From Macrostomum lignano (lineage: Eukaryota), in NCBI GenBank assembly GCA_002269645.1, contig NIVC01003588.1:25408-89407 (forward strand): a stretch of DNA of 64,000 bases, given 5' to 3'. Numbering within the stretch: the first letter of the stretch is position 1; each line of letters opens with the position of its first letter. Positions 43,278-56,634 of the stretch are shown here, one piece after another. Below the pieces are notes generated by a model. It did not search any database. It was given only the letters and a program-made list of their open reading frames with translations, and was not told the origin of the DNA. The position numbers and the translations under genes are program-made.

Positions 43278-46200
43278 ATGCGTGCAAGCGGCAGGACGGC
43301 TGTAAGCGCTGCCTTGCTGTGGCTTGTCGCGGCTGTTGCTGTCCGAGCCACAATGCGGGCAGGCATTCCATCAACTGTGTTCGTGCACGACCCAGCCCAC
43401 GGCAATGTCAGGATGGGCGTCAAGTCTGAATTCTGCGACAATGGCGAGGTGAGTGCAGAGTAGTCTAATCTAGACTAATGTCCCCTGATCTAGTCTAATC
43501 TAGACTAATGTCCCCTGATCTAGTCTAATGTCCCCTGATCTAGTCTAATCTAGACTAATGTCCCCTGATCTAGTCTAATCTAGACTAATGTCCCCTGATC
43601 TAGTCTAATCTAGACTAATGTCCCCTGATCTAGTCTAATGTCCCCTGATCTAGTCTAATCTAGACTAATGTCCCCTGATCTAGTCTAATCTAGACTAATG
43701 TCCCCTGATCTAGTCTTATGTCCCCTGATCTAGTCTAATCTAGACTAATGTCCCCTGATCTAGTCTAATCTAGACTAATGTCCCCTGATCTAGTCTAATC
43801 TAGACTAATGTCCCCTGATCTAGTCTAATGTCCCCTGATCTAGTCTAATGTCCCCTGATCTAGTCTAATCTAGACTAATGTCCCCTGATCTAGTCTAATG
43901 TCCCCTGATCTAGTCTAATGTCCCCTGATCTAGTCTAATGTCCCCTGATCTAGTCTAATCTAGACTAATGTCCCCTGATCTAGTCTAATGTCCCCTGATC
44001 TAGTCTAATCTAGACTAATGTCACCTGATCAAGTCTAATCTAGTCCAATGTGACCTAATCTAGTCGAATGTCACCTGATCTAGTCTAATCTAGTCTAATG
44101 TGACCTGATCTAGTCTAATCTAATCTAATGTGACCTGATCTAGTCTAATCTAGTCTAATGTGACCTGATCTAGTCTAATCTAGTCTAATGTGACCTGATC
44201 TAGTCTAATCTAGTCTAATGTGACCTGATTTAGTCTAATCTAGTCTAATGTGACCTGATCTAGTCTAATCTAGTCTAATGTGACCTGATCTAGTCTAATC
44301 TAGTCTAATGTGACCTGATCTAGTCTAATCTAGTCTAATGTGACCTGATCTAGTCTAATCTAGTCTAATGTCCCCTGATCTAGTCTAATCTAGTCTAATG
44401 TGACCTGATCTAGTCTAATCTAGTCTAATGTGACCTGATCTAGTCTAATCTAGTCTAATGTGACCTGATCTAGTGTAATCTAGTCTAATGTGACCTGATC
44501 AAATCTAATATAGTCTAGTGTAACCTATGCCACAATGATCTACTCTAATATACTCTAATCTACTCTAAGCTAATCCAATCAAATCTACAGACGCACCTCG
44601 AACTCGACTGGGACGGCTCGGATGACAGTAACTTCACGTGCACCCCGTCCCGACGTCAAGCATTCGAGGCCGAGTCAGAGGCCCGAGCAGCCGCGGCCAA
44701 GCCGGAGTTTCACCTGTCGGAGCCGGCCAAGCCGCTGCATCACCGGTGCACCAGCCAGGCCATTAGCTACGACAAGCGGCTGCCGACCAGCGGGCCGCAC
44801 CGACCGCTCTGGCCAGTGTGGGGCCGCTACATCTACGTGCCGGCTCAGCGGTGGCTGCACAGCCTCGAGCACGGCGGCATCGTCGGCCTGTACCATCCGT
44901 GCGCCCCGGCCGAGCAGGTGGAAGCCTTCGCTGATGCCATCGCGGGCTGCCTGCGGCGGCACGTCATTGCGGCTGACGGCGTGCGACTGCGGCCTGACAG
45001 GGTATGGGGCTGGTGATGGGGCTGGTGATGGGGTTGGTGATGGGGTTGGTGATGGGGTTGGTGATGGGGTTGGTGATGGGGCTGGTGATCGGGCTGGTGA
45101 TGGGGTTGGTGATGAGGTTGGTGATGGGGTTGGTGATGGGGCTGGTGATGGGGCTGGTGATCGGGCTGGTGATGGGGTTGGTGATGGGGTTGGTGATGGG
45201 GCTGGTTATGGGGCTGGTGATGGGGCTGGTGATGGGGCTGGTGATGGGGCTGGTGATGGGGCTGGTGATGGGGCTGGTGATGGGGCTGGTGATGGGGCTG
45301 GTGATGGGGCTGGTGATGGGGCTGGTGATAGGGCTGGTGATGGGGTTGGTGATGGGGTTGGGAGATGGGTTGGTGATGGGGTTGGTGATGGGGTTTGTGA
45401 TGGGGTTGGTGATGAGGTTGGGAGATGGGTTGGTGATGGGGTTGGTGATGGGGTTTGTGATGGGGTTGGTGATGAGGTTAGTGATGGGGTTGGTGATGGG
45501 GTTGGTGTTGGGGTTGGTGATGGGGTTGGTGATGGGGTTGGTAATGGGGCTGGTGATCGGGCTGGTGATGGGGCTGGTGATGGGGCTGGTGATGGGGCTG
45601 GTGATGGGGTTGGTGATGGGGTTGGTGATGGGGTTGGTGATGGGGTTGGGAGATGGGTTGGTGATGGGGTTGGTGATGAGGTTGGTGATGGGGTTGGTGA
45701 TGGAGTTGGGGGATGGAATTGGGATGGGATTGGGAATGGGATGGGGGTGGGATTTAAGGATGGGATTAGGGATGGGATTAGGGATGGGATTATGGATGGG
45801 ATTAGGGATGGGATTATGGATGGGATTAGGGATGGGATTAGGGATGGGATTAGGGATGGGATTAGGGATGGGATTAGGGATGGGATTAGGGATGGGATTA
45901 GGGATGGGATTAGGGATGGGATGGGATTAGGGATGGGATTAGGGATGGGATTAGGGATGGGATTAGGGATGGGATTAGGGATGGGATTAGGGATGGGATT
46001 AGGGATGGGATTAAGGATGGGATTAGGGATGGGATTTAGGATTTGGCCTGGGTCAGATATCAAGACTGGATTTAATGTTTGGATTATTTCGAAAAAAAGT
46101 CAATTAAACAATATGTACAAAACTATCCAACTGATCAACGTTTTTACAGCCATTCGCTCTTCTGGCTTACCGCAACAAGGTTTTGATGGCAAACTATGAT

Positions 46201-47225
46201 AGAGGCACCGTTGAGAGCTTCATCTTGGTGAGTTGCAATATAAAAATGGGAAAGAATCAAAGTACAGACAGTTAGCAAGACAGGTACCAATACAGACACT
46301 AATAAAGGCACTGATGCAGACACAAAATGGACACTACTACAGGCACTATTGCAGACACTACTGCAGATACTAATACAGAATCTACTACAGATACTACTAC
46401 AGAATACAGACACTTACTACAGACACTACTACAGATACTACTACAGACTCTACTACTACAGGCACTGCCATAGATACTACTACAGACACTACCACATTTA
46501 CTACTACAGACACTACTACAGATACTACTACAGACACTACTACAGATACTACTACAGACACTGCTACAGACACTGCTACAGACACTGCTACAGACACTGC
46601 TACAGACACTGCTACAGACACTGCTACAGACACTGCTACAGCCACTACTACAGACACTGCTACAGACACTACTACAGACACTGCTACAGACACTACTACA
46701 GACACTGCTACAGACACTACTACAGACACTGCTACAGACACTGCTACAGACACTGCTACAGACACTGCTACAGACACTGCTACAGACACTGCTACAGACA
46801 CTGCTACAGACACTGCTACAGACACTGCTACAGACACTGCTACAGACACTGCTACAGACACTACTACAGACACTGCTACAGACACTGCTACAGACACTGC
46901 TACAGACACTACTACAGACACTGCTACAGACACTGCTACAGACACTGCTACAGACACTGCTACAGACACTGCTACAGACACTGCTACAGACACTGCTACA
47001 GACACTGCTACAGACACTGCTACAGACACTACCACAGCTTCTAAGCCATCCAGAGTCAGGCAGCCCCGCCCCCACTCTGCAGAGCCACGCCCTCAGAGGC
47101 CCGGAGCGCACGCCGCGTCAAGGCCAATACAGCCTCGGCCTGGTCACCCGGCCAGCAATGTCACAGACTACCAAGACAGCATCCTGTGTCCCGGACGGGT
47201 GAACCGGACCCAGCTGCATTCGTGA
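43278..47225 (+). CDS. TP53I13: Secreted DUF3105 / TP53-inducible protein 13-like protein. Exons 43278-43448, 44591-45001, 46150-46227, 47083-47225, with an apparent 1-nt deletion near 47144.
   Basis: Signal-peptide-like N-terminus, then [12 protein letters not shown]|[56 protein letters not shown]|[11 protein letters not shown]. All three introns are GT-AG and phase 0 (gtgagt 43449, gtatgg 45002, gtgagt 46228). The family call is from remembered motifs; the symbol means -like. Confidence 0.8.
43461..44530. repeat. Array of 10-bp sub-units (tctagtctaa, tctagactaa, tgtcccctga/tgtgacctga) in intron 1 of the DUF3105 gene
   Basis: Direct reading. Units contain the hairpin tagtcta-atc-tagacta. 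Confidence 0.95.
45002..46040. repeat. 12-bp G-rich array in intron 2: (ggtgatgggg[c/t]t)n changing to (gggattagggat)n after about 45760
   Basis: Direct reading. Confidence 0.96.
46385..47035. repeat. 12-bp minisatellite (actgctacagac)n in intron 3
   Basis: Direct reading. Confidence 0.96.
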
Positions 47226-48444
47226 TCACTGATGCTGCACCAACTGCCTGCTTCCCCTGCTGCTATATGGGGAACTTTATTGTTCAGCTTCAAAGTTCAG
47301 TCAACATCTGATGAAGTTTGTGTGAAGCAGACAAATATAATAATCTAAAAAAAGTTAATTAGGGCGGTCACCTACACATCCGGGAATGATGAGATATCAT
47401 AGCAGTTAGTTAGGCTGCTTCTGTTTGAGGTAGGTGAAATTTGTTCTGACGTTTTAATTAATACTCGTACGAGACGGGTTAAGGCACTTTAAAATAATTT
47501 GTTTTTGATTTTTTTAATTTTGTTTTATTTCTGCTAAGGGCCACGGGTTGTCGGACACGCAACTTACTTCTTGTACCAAAACAGCAACACAGAAGAAAGC
47601 TCGCACTGGTTTTTATCATTATCTCCTACTTGCAGTAGCAAGTTAAGCCTATGAGGCTATTATTGTCTGAATTTAATAAACCGAGCACTAAACCCAGTTC
47701 AGAAAAATGACTTACTAAGATTATAAAAATAAGCTGAATATTTGAGCTTGAGACTGCAAAGTTAAGCAGAGCTGGGCCCGGTTAGTACGCAGCTAAATAG
47801 GCTGCCTTCAAAGTAGCTACAAGGTCGCCACAGCCTCATCAGCTGCAGACAAACCAAACAGCTGCACTCTCTTGGGAAATTGCCCGAGTGTTATCCCCAA
47901 CCCTGCTGGAACTGGAATTATGGGATCTGCTGGCAGATTTCCCACCGAATTTCAGTGATGAAGCAAAGCGAAAAGATCCTCATGGAGAATGGCGGAGCGC
48001 GGCAGAGTGTCTCTCCGCCAGCTTCAGGCAAAGTCAGCCTTATCAATCTTTTATTTGCATGCAAAGCAGCGGAGGACAAAATAATCAATCAATCCATTCT
48101 TGGAATCCAGATTATCTGTAAAAAGTGCGAAAAAGTCACGAGCTTAGCCGTGAGATTAGCACTCGACCATGTCAGCCTTCTGACAGCGTGAAGGCTTCAA
48201 GGGTTCGCGACCTTGAGATTAAATTAGTGATGCCCTAAAGTCCATACTTGTTATGTGGTGGATTTCCACTGAGCCGTTAATGTTGATAAAAGTTGTAAAA
48301 TGACTTCTTCGCTTAGCTGAGCAAACAGCTGCCGATTTCATGTTTTATTCATTAGGTTCATTTCCTGTTATTTTGCTTCAATTTCACATTTCTATGCAGA
48401 CTGCATTTACCTCACCAATCTCTGCTTTTGCTCATTTGTGACTG

Positions 48445-49085
48445 CCTCTCCAGGTCTCTGGCGCCTCTCCCTGCATCTCCAGGTCTCTGGCGCCTCTCCC
48501 TGCCTCTCCATGTCTCTGGCGCCTCTCCCTCCCTCTCCATGTCTCTGGCGCCTCTCCCTGCCTCTCCAGGTCTCTGGCGCCTCTCCCTGCCTCTCCAGGT
48601 CTCTGGCGCCTCTCCCTGCATCTCCAGGTCTCTGGCGCCTCTCCCTCCCTCTCCATGTCTCTGGCGCCTCTCCCTCCCTCTCCATGTCTCTGGCGCCTCT
48701 CCCTGCCTCTCCAGGTCTCTGGCGCCTCTTCCTGCATCTCCAGGTCTCTGGCGCCTCTTCCTGCATCTCCAGGTCTCTGGCGCCTCTTCCTGCCTCTCCA
48801 GGTCTCTGGCGCCTCTTCCTGCATCTCCAGGTCTCTGGCGCCTCTTCCTGCATCTCCAGGTCTCTGGCGCCTCTTCCTGCATCTCCAGGTCTCTGGCGCC
48901 TCTTCCTGCCTCTCCAGGTCTCTGGCGCCTCTCCCTGCCTCTCCATGACTCTGGCGCCTCTTCCTGCCTATCCAGGTCTCTGGCGCCTCTTCCTGCCTCT
49001 CCAGGTCTCTGGCGCCTCTTCCTGCATCTCCAGGTCTCTGGCGCCTCTTCCTGCATCTCCAGGTCTCTGGCGCCTCTCCCTGCCT
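48445..49085. repeat. 29-bp minisatellite (caggtctctggcgcctctccctgcatctc)n
   Basis: ggcgcc at 48721 and 48750. Confidence 0.96.
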
Positions 49086-49861
49086 CTCTACCTCTCCCCG
49101 CCTCTCTACCTCTCCCTGCCTCTCTCTACCTCTCCCCGCCTCTCTGTATTTTCCAACTGTCTCTATAAATAAAGTATGGCAACCATGACCGGGTGAATTT
49201 TAGCAATATGGATAATTTTAGGATCATAGCTATAGCCAATAAGCTCCCTAATTAAACAACATCACTAATAATAGGGGCAGTGCCAGCCATCTCTGTCAAA
49301 TCCTCGCACACGCTTCAAGCACGATAAGTACCGGCTTGTGGTATCTACCGGGTCCCTGCAGCTCAGGACGTTGGTCCAAATTTTTTGGCCGTCATGCCAG
49401 ACTCAAGGATGCCTATTATAATAATTATTATAAGCTCTCGCTGGACTCCCTCTTCAAGATCTAAATTTAGAAACTGGGTAAGCTAAGAAAAACAATTTTC
49501 CTTCGCATTAATCGGTCCCCTGTGTTGCTTAATTCCGTCAATAGCTTTCAAGCTGACCGGATCGAATACCGGAGTTGGGATCGTCTTTAAAAATATTCCC
49601 CCAAGATTTCGTAAGTCCAACATCGATATTTTCAAGCTCACACGAGTACAGCACGAAATTCTCCGGGGCTAAAAGAATCGATGCTCAGGTTGGGCCAATA
49701 GCAGCGGTTTGGGATGGGTAGACTTAAGCGCGTGGTCTTCTGTTTTGAAAATCCGAAAGAAAGCTGCTTCAGTTCAAGGCTTCAAGCAATGGAAATTCAA
49801 GAACTGCCGGAGTCCCCAAAAAGGCCGCAACTATGGGTGGCACCCTGCTCTGGGGGTGGAA

Positions 49862-50913
49862 ATGACAGGACCGGAAGTGGGACTAGAATCCAACGCGGAA
49901 CAAGAAGTGAAACTAGAATTCAAAGCGAAATCAGAATTGGAACTAGAATCCAAAGCGGAACCGGAAGCGGAGCTGGAGGAATCCAAAGCGGAACCGGAAG
50001 TCGACCTGGAATTCAAAGCGGAACCGGAAGTATGGCTGGAATCCAAAGCAGAACCGGAAGTCGACCTGGAATCCAGAGCGGAACCGGAAGTATGGCTGGA
50101 GTCCAAACTGGAACCGGAAGCGGAGCTGCAGGAATCCAAAGCGGAACCGGAAGTCGACATGAAATCCAAAACGAAACCGGAAGTCTACCTGGAATCCAGA
50201 GCGGAACCGGAAGCATGGTTGGAATCCAAAGCGGAACCGGAAGCGGATCTGGAGGAACCCAAACCGGAACCGGAAGAGGAGCTGGAGGAAACCAAACCGG
50301 AACCGGAAGCGGACCTGGAATTCAAGGCAAAACCGGAAACCAGACCGGAGATGGAACTCAAGCCAGCAGCGATAGCACCACCGAAAGCATCGCTAAAAAC
50401 TGGTGCGGCATCGGAAGCGGCACGACTGCCGCCACAGTTGGCTGCATCGCAGCACTCGGATGAGCGGATATCGAAGCCGGAAACGTCAACGCGGATGCCA
50501 GCAGCAGATGTCAGGCACAGCTTAATTGTCAGCCGTTGCAGCAGCAGCAGCCGCCGCCGCTGCCGTCGCTGTCCTCCACGCTTAGTCGCGATCGTCGAAC
50601 TCAGCCGGGCAACGCGCAGGGCACAACCTACCTGGGCATGTCGCTGATCACCTGCCTGTGCTTCAACTGCCTGCTCGGCTCGGTGGCGGTGGCCCTGTCG
50701 CTCAGGTCGCACCGGCTTCTACTGGCCAGAGACTGGCGTCGGGCCGCCCGGCTGGGCCGGTGGGCGCTGGCCGTCAGCGCGGCCGGCATCCTCAGCAGCA
50801 TGGCGGCGGTGGCGCTGCTGTTCACTGAGGCGGGAGGCTTCGGCGGCAGCTTCGGCGTGGCAGGCGGCCGCCAGAACGATGGGGTTTCGGGTATGACCAG
50901 GACCCGGCCATGA
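49862..50913 (+). CDS. CD225/dispanin family membrane protein (PRRT-like). An acidic ESKAEPE-repeat N-terminus is joined to the CD225 exon via a putative 32-nt intron (50510-50541) or a frameshift.
   Basis: TYLGMSLITCLCFNCLLGSVAVALSLRS...DWRRAARLGRWALAVSAAGILSS matches the dispanin pattern of two hydrophobic segments with CxC and G..A..A. The CD225 part is solid; the 5' structure is inferred. Confidence 0.7.
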
Positions 50914-51932
50914 ACTGTGAAGGGTTTGGCAAGGGAGTTGTCGTGCGATTCACAGCCAAGAGGGCCAGTTCCGAGGCCCTGAGAGTGTACATGCCGTTGT
51001 ACACCCTGTGTGAGCGTGTGTGTGAGTGCGTGCGTTTGAATAAGCTTAATTATACCCATCTTCGTGCTTAAAATAATTTTAAGAGCTTCAGAAATGTTAA
51101 TGGTAACATTGGATGAAAAATCTTGTTAGGGTGTCCATAGACATCTGGTGCCATCTGTTGAAGGTGCCGATGGCGTCTGTGTGATGACGGAATGCTTGAG
51201 AGACTAGCTGAAGGTGTCTAGCAGCTGAGGCTTGCCCACTGTCGAAGCTTGATCAGCGAAACTCGAGAAATTCGCAACAGGGTGTCCAAAGTCGTCACCT
51301 GGTGCTACCTGTTAGAGGTCCAGAAGCTCCGTCTGGGTGACACATGTGGTCCGACGTGCTGATGAAATTTGGAGGCTTGGCAAGGCAGCACTGAGGCGCA
51401 CAGGGGTGTACTGAATACACTGGCGCTTGTGGGACAAATCAGACCTTCTGGCAGAATCGTCGAATATCTCGACAGTCCGGAATGCTGACGACTTGATTCT
51501 TATTTGAGAAGCTGTGCAATAAAAAGTTTGCGCGAACTCTTGAATTTTTTGTGCGCTTGCAGTGCTCCGTTCCGACGTAGCAAAAAGCCATAATAAATAA
51601 AATAAATAAATATGCGAGCCAATCTGTAATACGATTGACAGCTTGAAAACCAGTCCAGTAATTATTGCACTTAACAAACAAAAACAAGAAACAATTTTTT
51701 ATTAGTATAGAAAAAATTGATTAGAAGAGAAATATGAAGAAAAGGCTGAATTTACACTACAGCAGTGCCAGACTAGCATCAGAATTCGATTTGCGAGGTA
51801 CAAATAGAGGTCAGTAGTAAATGAAGAAAACAATTTCTTAGTATAATTTAAAGCAAGCTCTCTCGCAAGAGAAAAAAAATCGATTTTTGTTAGAGAGAAA
51901 CAGCTGTTTCAGATGGTCAGATAAGCACGCAA

Positions 51933-52339
51933 AGGGGCGTAACCAGGAAGCCACATCATCTGTGGGAGCGTCAAATCATTACTGGGTCTAATCTCAAGCC
52001 AGGAGCTTTAGCACCAGAGGCTTTAGCACAGCAGCGCCAGCACCGGGCTTTAGCACCAGGGGCTTTAGCACCAGGGGCTTTAGCACCAGAGGCTTTAGCA
52101 CCAGAGGCTTTAGCACAGCAGCGCCAGCACCGGGCTTTAGCACCAGGGGCTTTAGCACCAGAGGCTTTAGCACCAGAGGCTTTAGCACGGCAGCGCCAGC
52201 ACCGGGCTTTAGCACCAGGGGCTTTAGCACCAGAGGCTTTCGCACAGCAGCGCCAGCACCGGGCTTTAGCACCAGGGGCTTTAGCAATAGGGGCGCCGTT
52301 TGAGGGGGCGCCAGCAACTTGGCCCTTGGCTACGCCTCT
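51933..52339. mobile_element. MITE-like element with imperfect ~15-bp TIRs and an internal 15-bp minisatellite (ccaggggctttagca)
   Basis: Left end aggggcgtaaccagg; reverse complement of the right end is agaggcgtagccaagg. No clear TSD. Confidence 0.55.
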
Positions 52340-52648
52340 AGGAATACTTACATGTAATCTAATCATCTACTTGACTAAGTGTAAATATTTAAACTACATA
52401 ATTACTTCACTGTTTGTCTAAAACAAGGAATAATACGCTTTACATTCGCCTCTCGCTACTTGCGAGTTAGCAATCAAGGACTGACAGTTGGGCAAGAAAA
52501 CCCTCAACCAGAAAATTTGCGAGTAGGCGTGATAAAAATACATATTAAAATAGTAAAATAAAATCTTTTAAAATAAAAGCTGACGCAATTCGACGTGGGA
52601 GCTGCAATAAACAAACATTGCTACTAACAGTAGCTGAATTCGACTGAG

Positions 52649-55600
52649 TCAAAGCGACTGAAATACGTTATACTTCTCAGAGAAAGAGACTGCGCTCATT
52701 TTGACTTGATTTCGGCGATTCTGCCCGATCCGGGCGCGCATGTCGGCCAGGCTGACATTGCCGAGCGGGTCAGCGCCGGTGGTCGGCGCGGCCGGCGGCG
52801 GCAGCTGCGACGGGGCGGACTTTTGTGGTAACGGTGCAGCTCTGAGAGACTGCGGCTGGCTCTCCTGCTGCTGAATGAGGCAGTTTAGAGAGGTTATGAG
52901 ATGTTTGCCCAGGCTGGGGGTATGGGAAGTTCGCCTGGCAACTGAGGATCTGGGAGGCTGGCCTAGCAACTGAAAATCTGGCAGGCTGGCACAGCAACTG
53001 ATGATCTCGGAGGCTGGCCCAGCAACTGAGGATCTGGGAAGGAGGTTGGCGCAGCAACCGAGGATGTGGGAGGCTGTCCCAGCAACTGAGGATCTGGTAG
53101 GCTGGCTCAGCAAATGAGGATCTGGTAGGCTGGCTCAGCAAATGAGGATCTGGTAGGCTGGTTCAGCAACTGAGAATCTGGGAGGCTGGCACAGCAACTG
53201 AGGATCTGGTAGGCTGGCTCAGCAAATGAGAATCTGGGAGGCTGGCACAGCAACTGAGGATCTGGGAGGCTGGCACAGCAACTGAGGATCTGGGAGGCTG
53301 GCCCAGCAACTGAGGATCTGGGAGGCTGGCACAGCAACTGAGGATCTGGTAGGCTGGCACAGCAACTGAGGATCTGGTAGGCTGGCACAGCAACTGAGGA
53401 TCTGGGAGGCTGGCACAGCAACTGAGGATCTGGGAGGCTGGCACAGCAACTGAGGATCTGGGAGGCTGTCCCAGCAAATGAGGATCTGGTAGGCTGGCAC
53501 AGCAACTGAGGATCTGGTAGGCTGGCACAGCAACTGAGGATCTGGGAGGCTGGCACAGCAACTGAGGATCTGGGAGGCTGGCACAGCAACTGAGGATCTG
53601 GGAGGCTGGCACAGCAACTGAGGATCTGGGAGGCTGGCTGGCACAGCAACTGAGGATCTGGGAGGCTGGCACAGCAACTGAGAATCTGGGAGGCTGGCAC
53701 AGCAACTGAGAATCTGGAAGGCTGGCACAGCAACTGAGGATCTGGGAGGCTGGCACAGCAACTGAGGATCTGGGAGGCTGGCACAGCAACTGAGGATCTG
53801 GGAGGGCCAGCGAGTGCAAGCAGCCAGCAGGCTCACCGGCGCCTCAGCAGACTGAACAGATGCGCTGTCGCTGGCCGCGGCGCAGTCGGCGTTGCCGCTG
53901 TCCTTCTCTGCCGACATGCTGGCCTCGACGGGCCGGCGGTCGGGCGTGACGCAACGAACAACGCCGGGCACGGCGGAGCTGAGCTGCAGGCCGGCTTGCC
54001 GGAAGCGCCGGAGCGACTGCGGGCTGCAGACGAACAGGTCGACCCGGCCCGGCTGCGCCTTCACCCGGCTGACCACCGTGGCGTGCGAGGCGTCTTCTGT
54101 GAGGGGGCAGTGCAATTTGTTAGACAGGGTATGACAGTCTGTTAGACAGGGTAGATAGAAGCCTGTTAGACAGGGTGTATAGAAGTCTGTTAGACAGGAT
54201 ATAGAAATGAGGCAGCTTGTTATAAATCATCTATATTACTTATAGCAGTAGCTAATCGCAACTTTTTATCCTGGCCAATCAGCTTTTTGTTTAAATTACA
54301 GGTTTGTTAAAACGATACTTTGTTAAAAATTCCTTTTTATTTTTGTTTAAATGTCTTATGTTCACCCCCCCTCCTTTGTCAACGATTATATAAAGAGACA
54401 ACTTGGACCGCCAAATATACAACTCGCGCTCACCCTCGTTTCTCAACTAAAAACTCAATAACTCTTAGCGATTGGAGTGTTCAACCTTAAACTTCCGCTA
54501 AGACTTGTTTTCGCTTTTTTATTTATTGAATAGGGAAACTTGAGGTCGTGGAGACCAAGAATTAGGGATCTGAATAGGGAAACTTGAGGTCGTGGAGACC
54601 AAGAATTAGGGATCTGAATAGGGAAACTTGAGGTCGTGGAGACCAAGAATTAGGGATCTGAATAGGGAAACTTGAGGTCGTGGAGACCAAGAATTAGGGA
54701 TCTGAATAGGGAAACTTGAGGTCGTGGAGACCAAGAATTAGGGATTTAAATAGGGAAACTTGAGGTCGTGGAGACCAAGAATTAGGGATTTAAATAGGGA
54801 AACTTGAGGTCGTGGAGACCAAGAATTAGGGATTTAAATAGGGAAACTTGAGGTCGTGGAGACCAAGAATTAGGGATCTGAATAGGGAAACTTGAGGTCG
54901 TGGAGACCAAGAATTAGGGATTTAAATAGGGAAACTTGAGGTCGTGGAGACCAAGAATTAGGGATTTAAATAGGGAAACTTGAGGTCGTGGAGACCAAGA
55001 ATTAGGGATTTAAATAGGGAAACTTGAGGTCGTGGAGACCAAGAATTAGGGATCTGAATAGGGAAACTTGAGGTCGTGGAGACCAAGCATAGAAACCTGA
55101 GTAGGGAGATCGAGATCGTATAGATCTTAAGAAAGCCGTGCGGGCTAATAATAGACATTAAGGATTAGGCATTAGGAATAGTTTAGCTACTGCTGGACAC
55201 CCTTGATCCTCGGAAAACGCTAGACTTTCGGACTAAAACTAGGGAATTAGACAGTGTCTTACCGCTCGGGCACTACACGCTATCACAAGGTTTCCAAGAA
55301 ATCGTGTGAAATTAGAGAAAGGTCATAGTTTAGGGCAGCCAATACCACTAGAAATAGACAGCTTAGTGATAAGAACCAGAAAGTCTGTAAAGATTCAGTA
55401 GCTTTAAGGTGAAATTGCAGTTAGGAACGATTACGTCGGCGACACTTGGTGGGATATCGAAGAAGAAGGAAACACGTCTGTGACAGAAATCTGTTAGAAA
55501 GTTTACATACATCTATAGATCTTTTTGCCAAGTGTATTTAGTAACCCATCAGACACTACTATTCTAATATTTGACCTTGATTGGAAGCAATTAAAAATAG

Positions 55601-56634
55601 AACTATTGGTATAGTATATAAACAAAAGCAACTTATAACAAGTTTTTCTGGGCAGAAATTAGTTTCATTGATTTTAGTTCATAAAAATGATCATTGGGTA
55701 CTAGACACAATTACATGCTTCATTCTAGGTAGTAATTTTAGGAATCTATCTCCAAAATTTGGCAGCTCTCTACTTGCCATGAATACATATTTAGATAACT
55801 ATATTATACTGTCTAAAGTTATATTTTACTTCTAGATTGTAATTTAGTATGCAAACTAAAACTATGTATTTGCATATCAAGTATTTTGCAATATTTGCAG
55901 TCAATTAGGTTTTAGGAAAAAGCTTCTCCAACTATATCTATATTAACACTCATTAAGTAGTGTTATACTGGGCCTACTTAAAATTGTTGAAGCTTAATAA
56001 TTGCCATCAGCATCAGATATAGCTATTTTATTATGTATCAATACATTTTGTAGCAAAAAAGAACAATACTCAATAATGACAAAACACAACAATTTTTAGA
56101 TAAAATAGATACCATCATATCATAATAAATAAATATCATCATATACACCATATTATATAAAAAACCCAGTCAAATAATTGCAATTTCTCTGTCCTTGATT
56201 ACCATTAAAATATATAATATATCTTGAAAATCAATCAGCTCAAGGTTATTACTGAAAGTAATTATTTTTGTTTAAAGTAAAGCAAAGTAAAACAAACAAC
56301 AATAAGATAAATAATACATGTAAACAAATTTTCACAAGAACAGCATACTGAAAATTTGAATAAAAACAGTGTAAGCTATATTGGATATCTCGAAAAGTAG
56401 TTGTCAATAAACTAAGCAATAATGAATATACTTACCAACATTTATTCCATTGACTTCAATCACAATATCATTTGCTCGCAGACCACCAAGAGCAGCTGGA
56501 GACAGAGGATCAACTTTGCCAATAAACTGCCCTGTCTTCCCCTTCTCTGCATGAAGATTGAATCCATAACCAGCAAAGTCATCCCACTTTCTAAGCATGC
56601 ATAGTCGTGGCTTCTGGTTTTCAGGAACATTCAT
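52649..56634 (-). CDS. NHERF1: NHERF/EBP50-like single-PDZ scaffold, 226 aa from the ATG at 56634. Exons 56634-56436, 54096-53837, 52870-52649. An acceptor at 56649 suggests a further upstream exon.
   Basis: [72 protein letters not shown], and the C-terminus SFSEKYNVFQSL* resembles the EBP50 tail MDWSKKNELFSNL. Splice phases 1 and 0 are consistent (gtaagt, cacag, gtgagc, attcag). Confidence 0.87.
52935..53805. repeat. 28-bp minisatellite (ggctggcacagcaactgaggatctggga)n in a NHERF intron
   Basis: gctggc at 53521 and 53549. Confidence 0.96.
54527..55086. repeat. 44-bp minisatellite (tgaatagggaaacttgaggtcgtggagaccaagaattagggatc)n in a NHERF intron
   Basis: tgaggt at 54541 and 54585. Confidence 0.97.

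Noticed and set aside
54377-55444. Solo LTR (tgtcaacga...cggcgaca, followed by ttggtggg)
   Set aside because: There is only a 3-bp flanking match (ctt), no properly oriented PPT, no second LTR and no internal genes.
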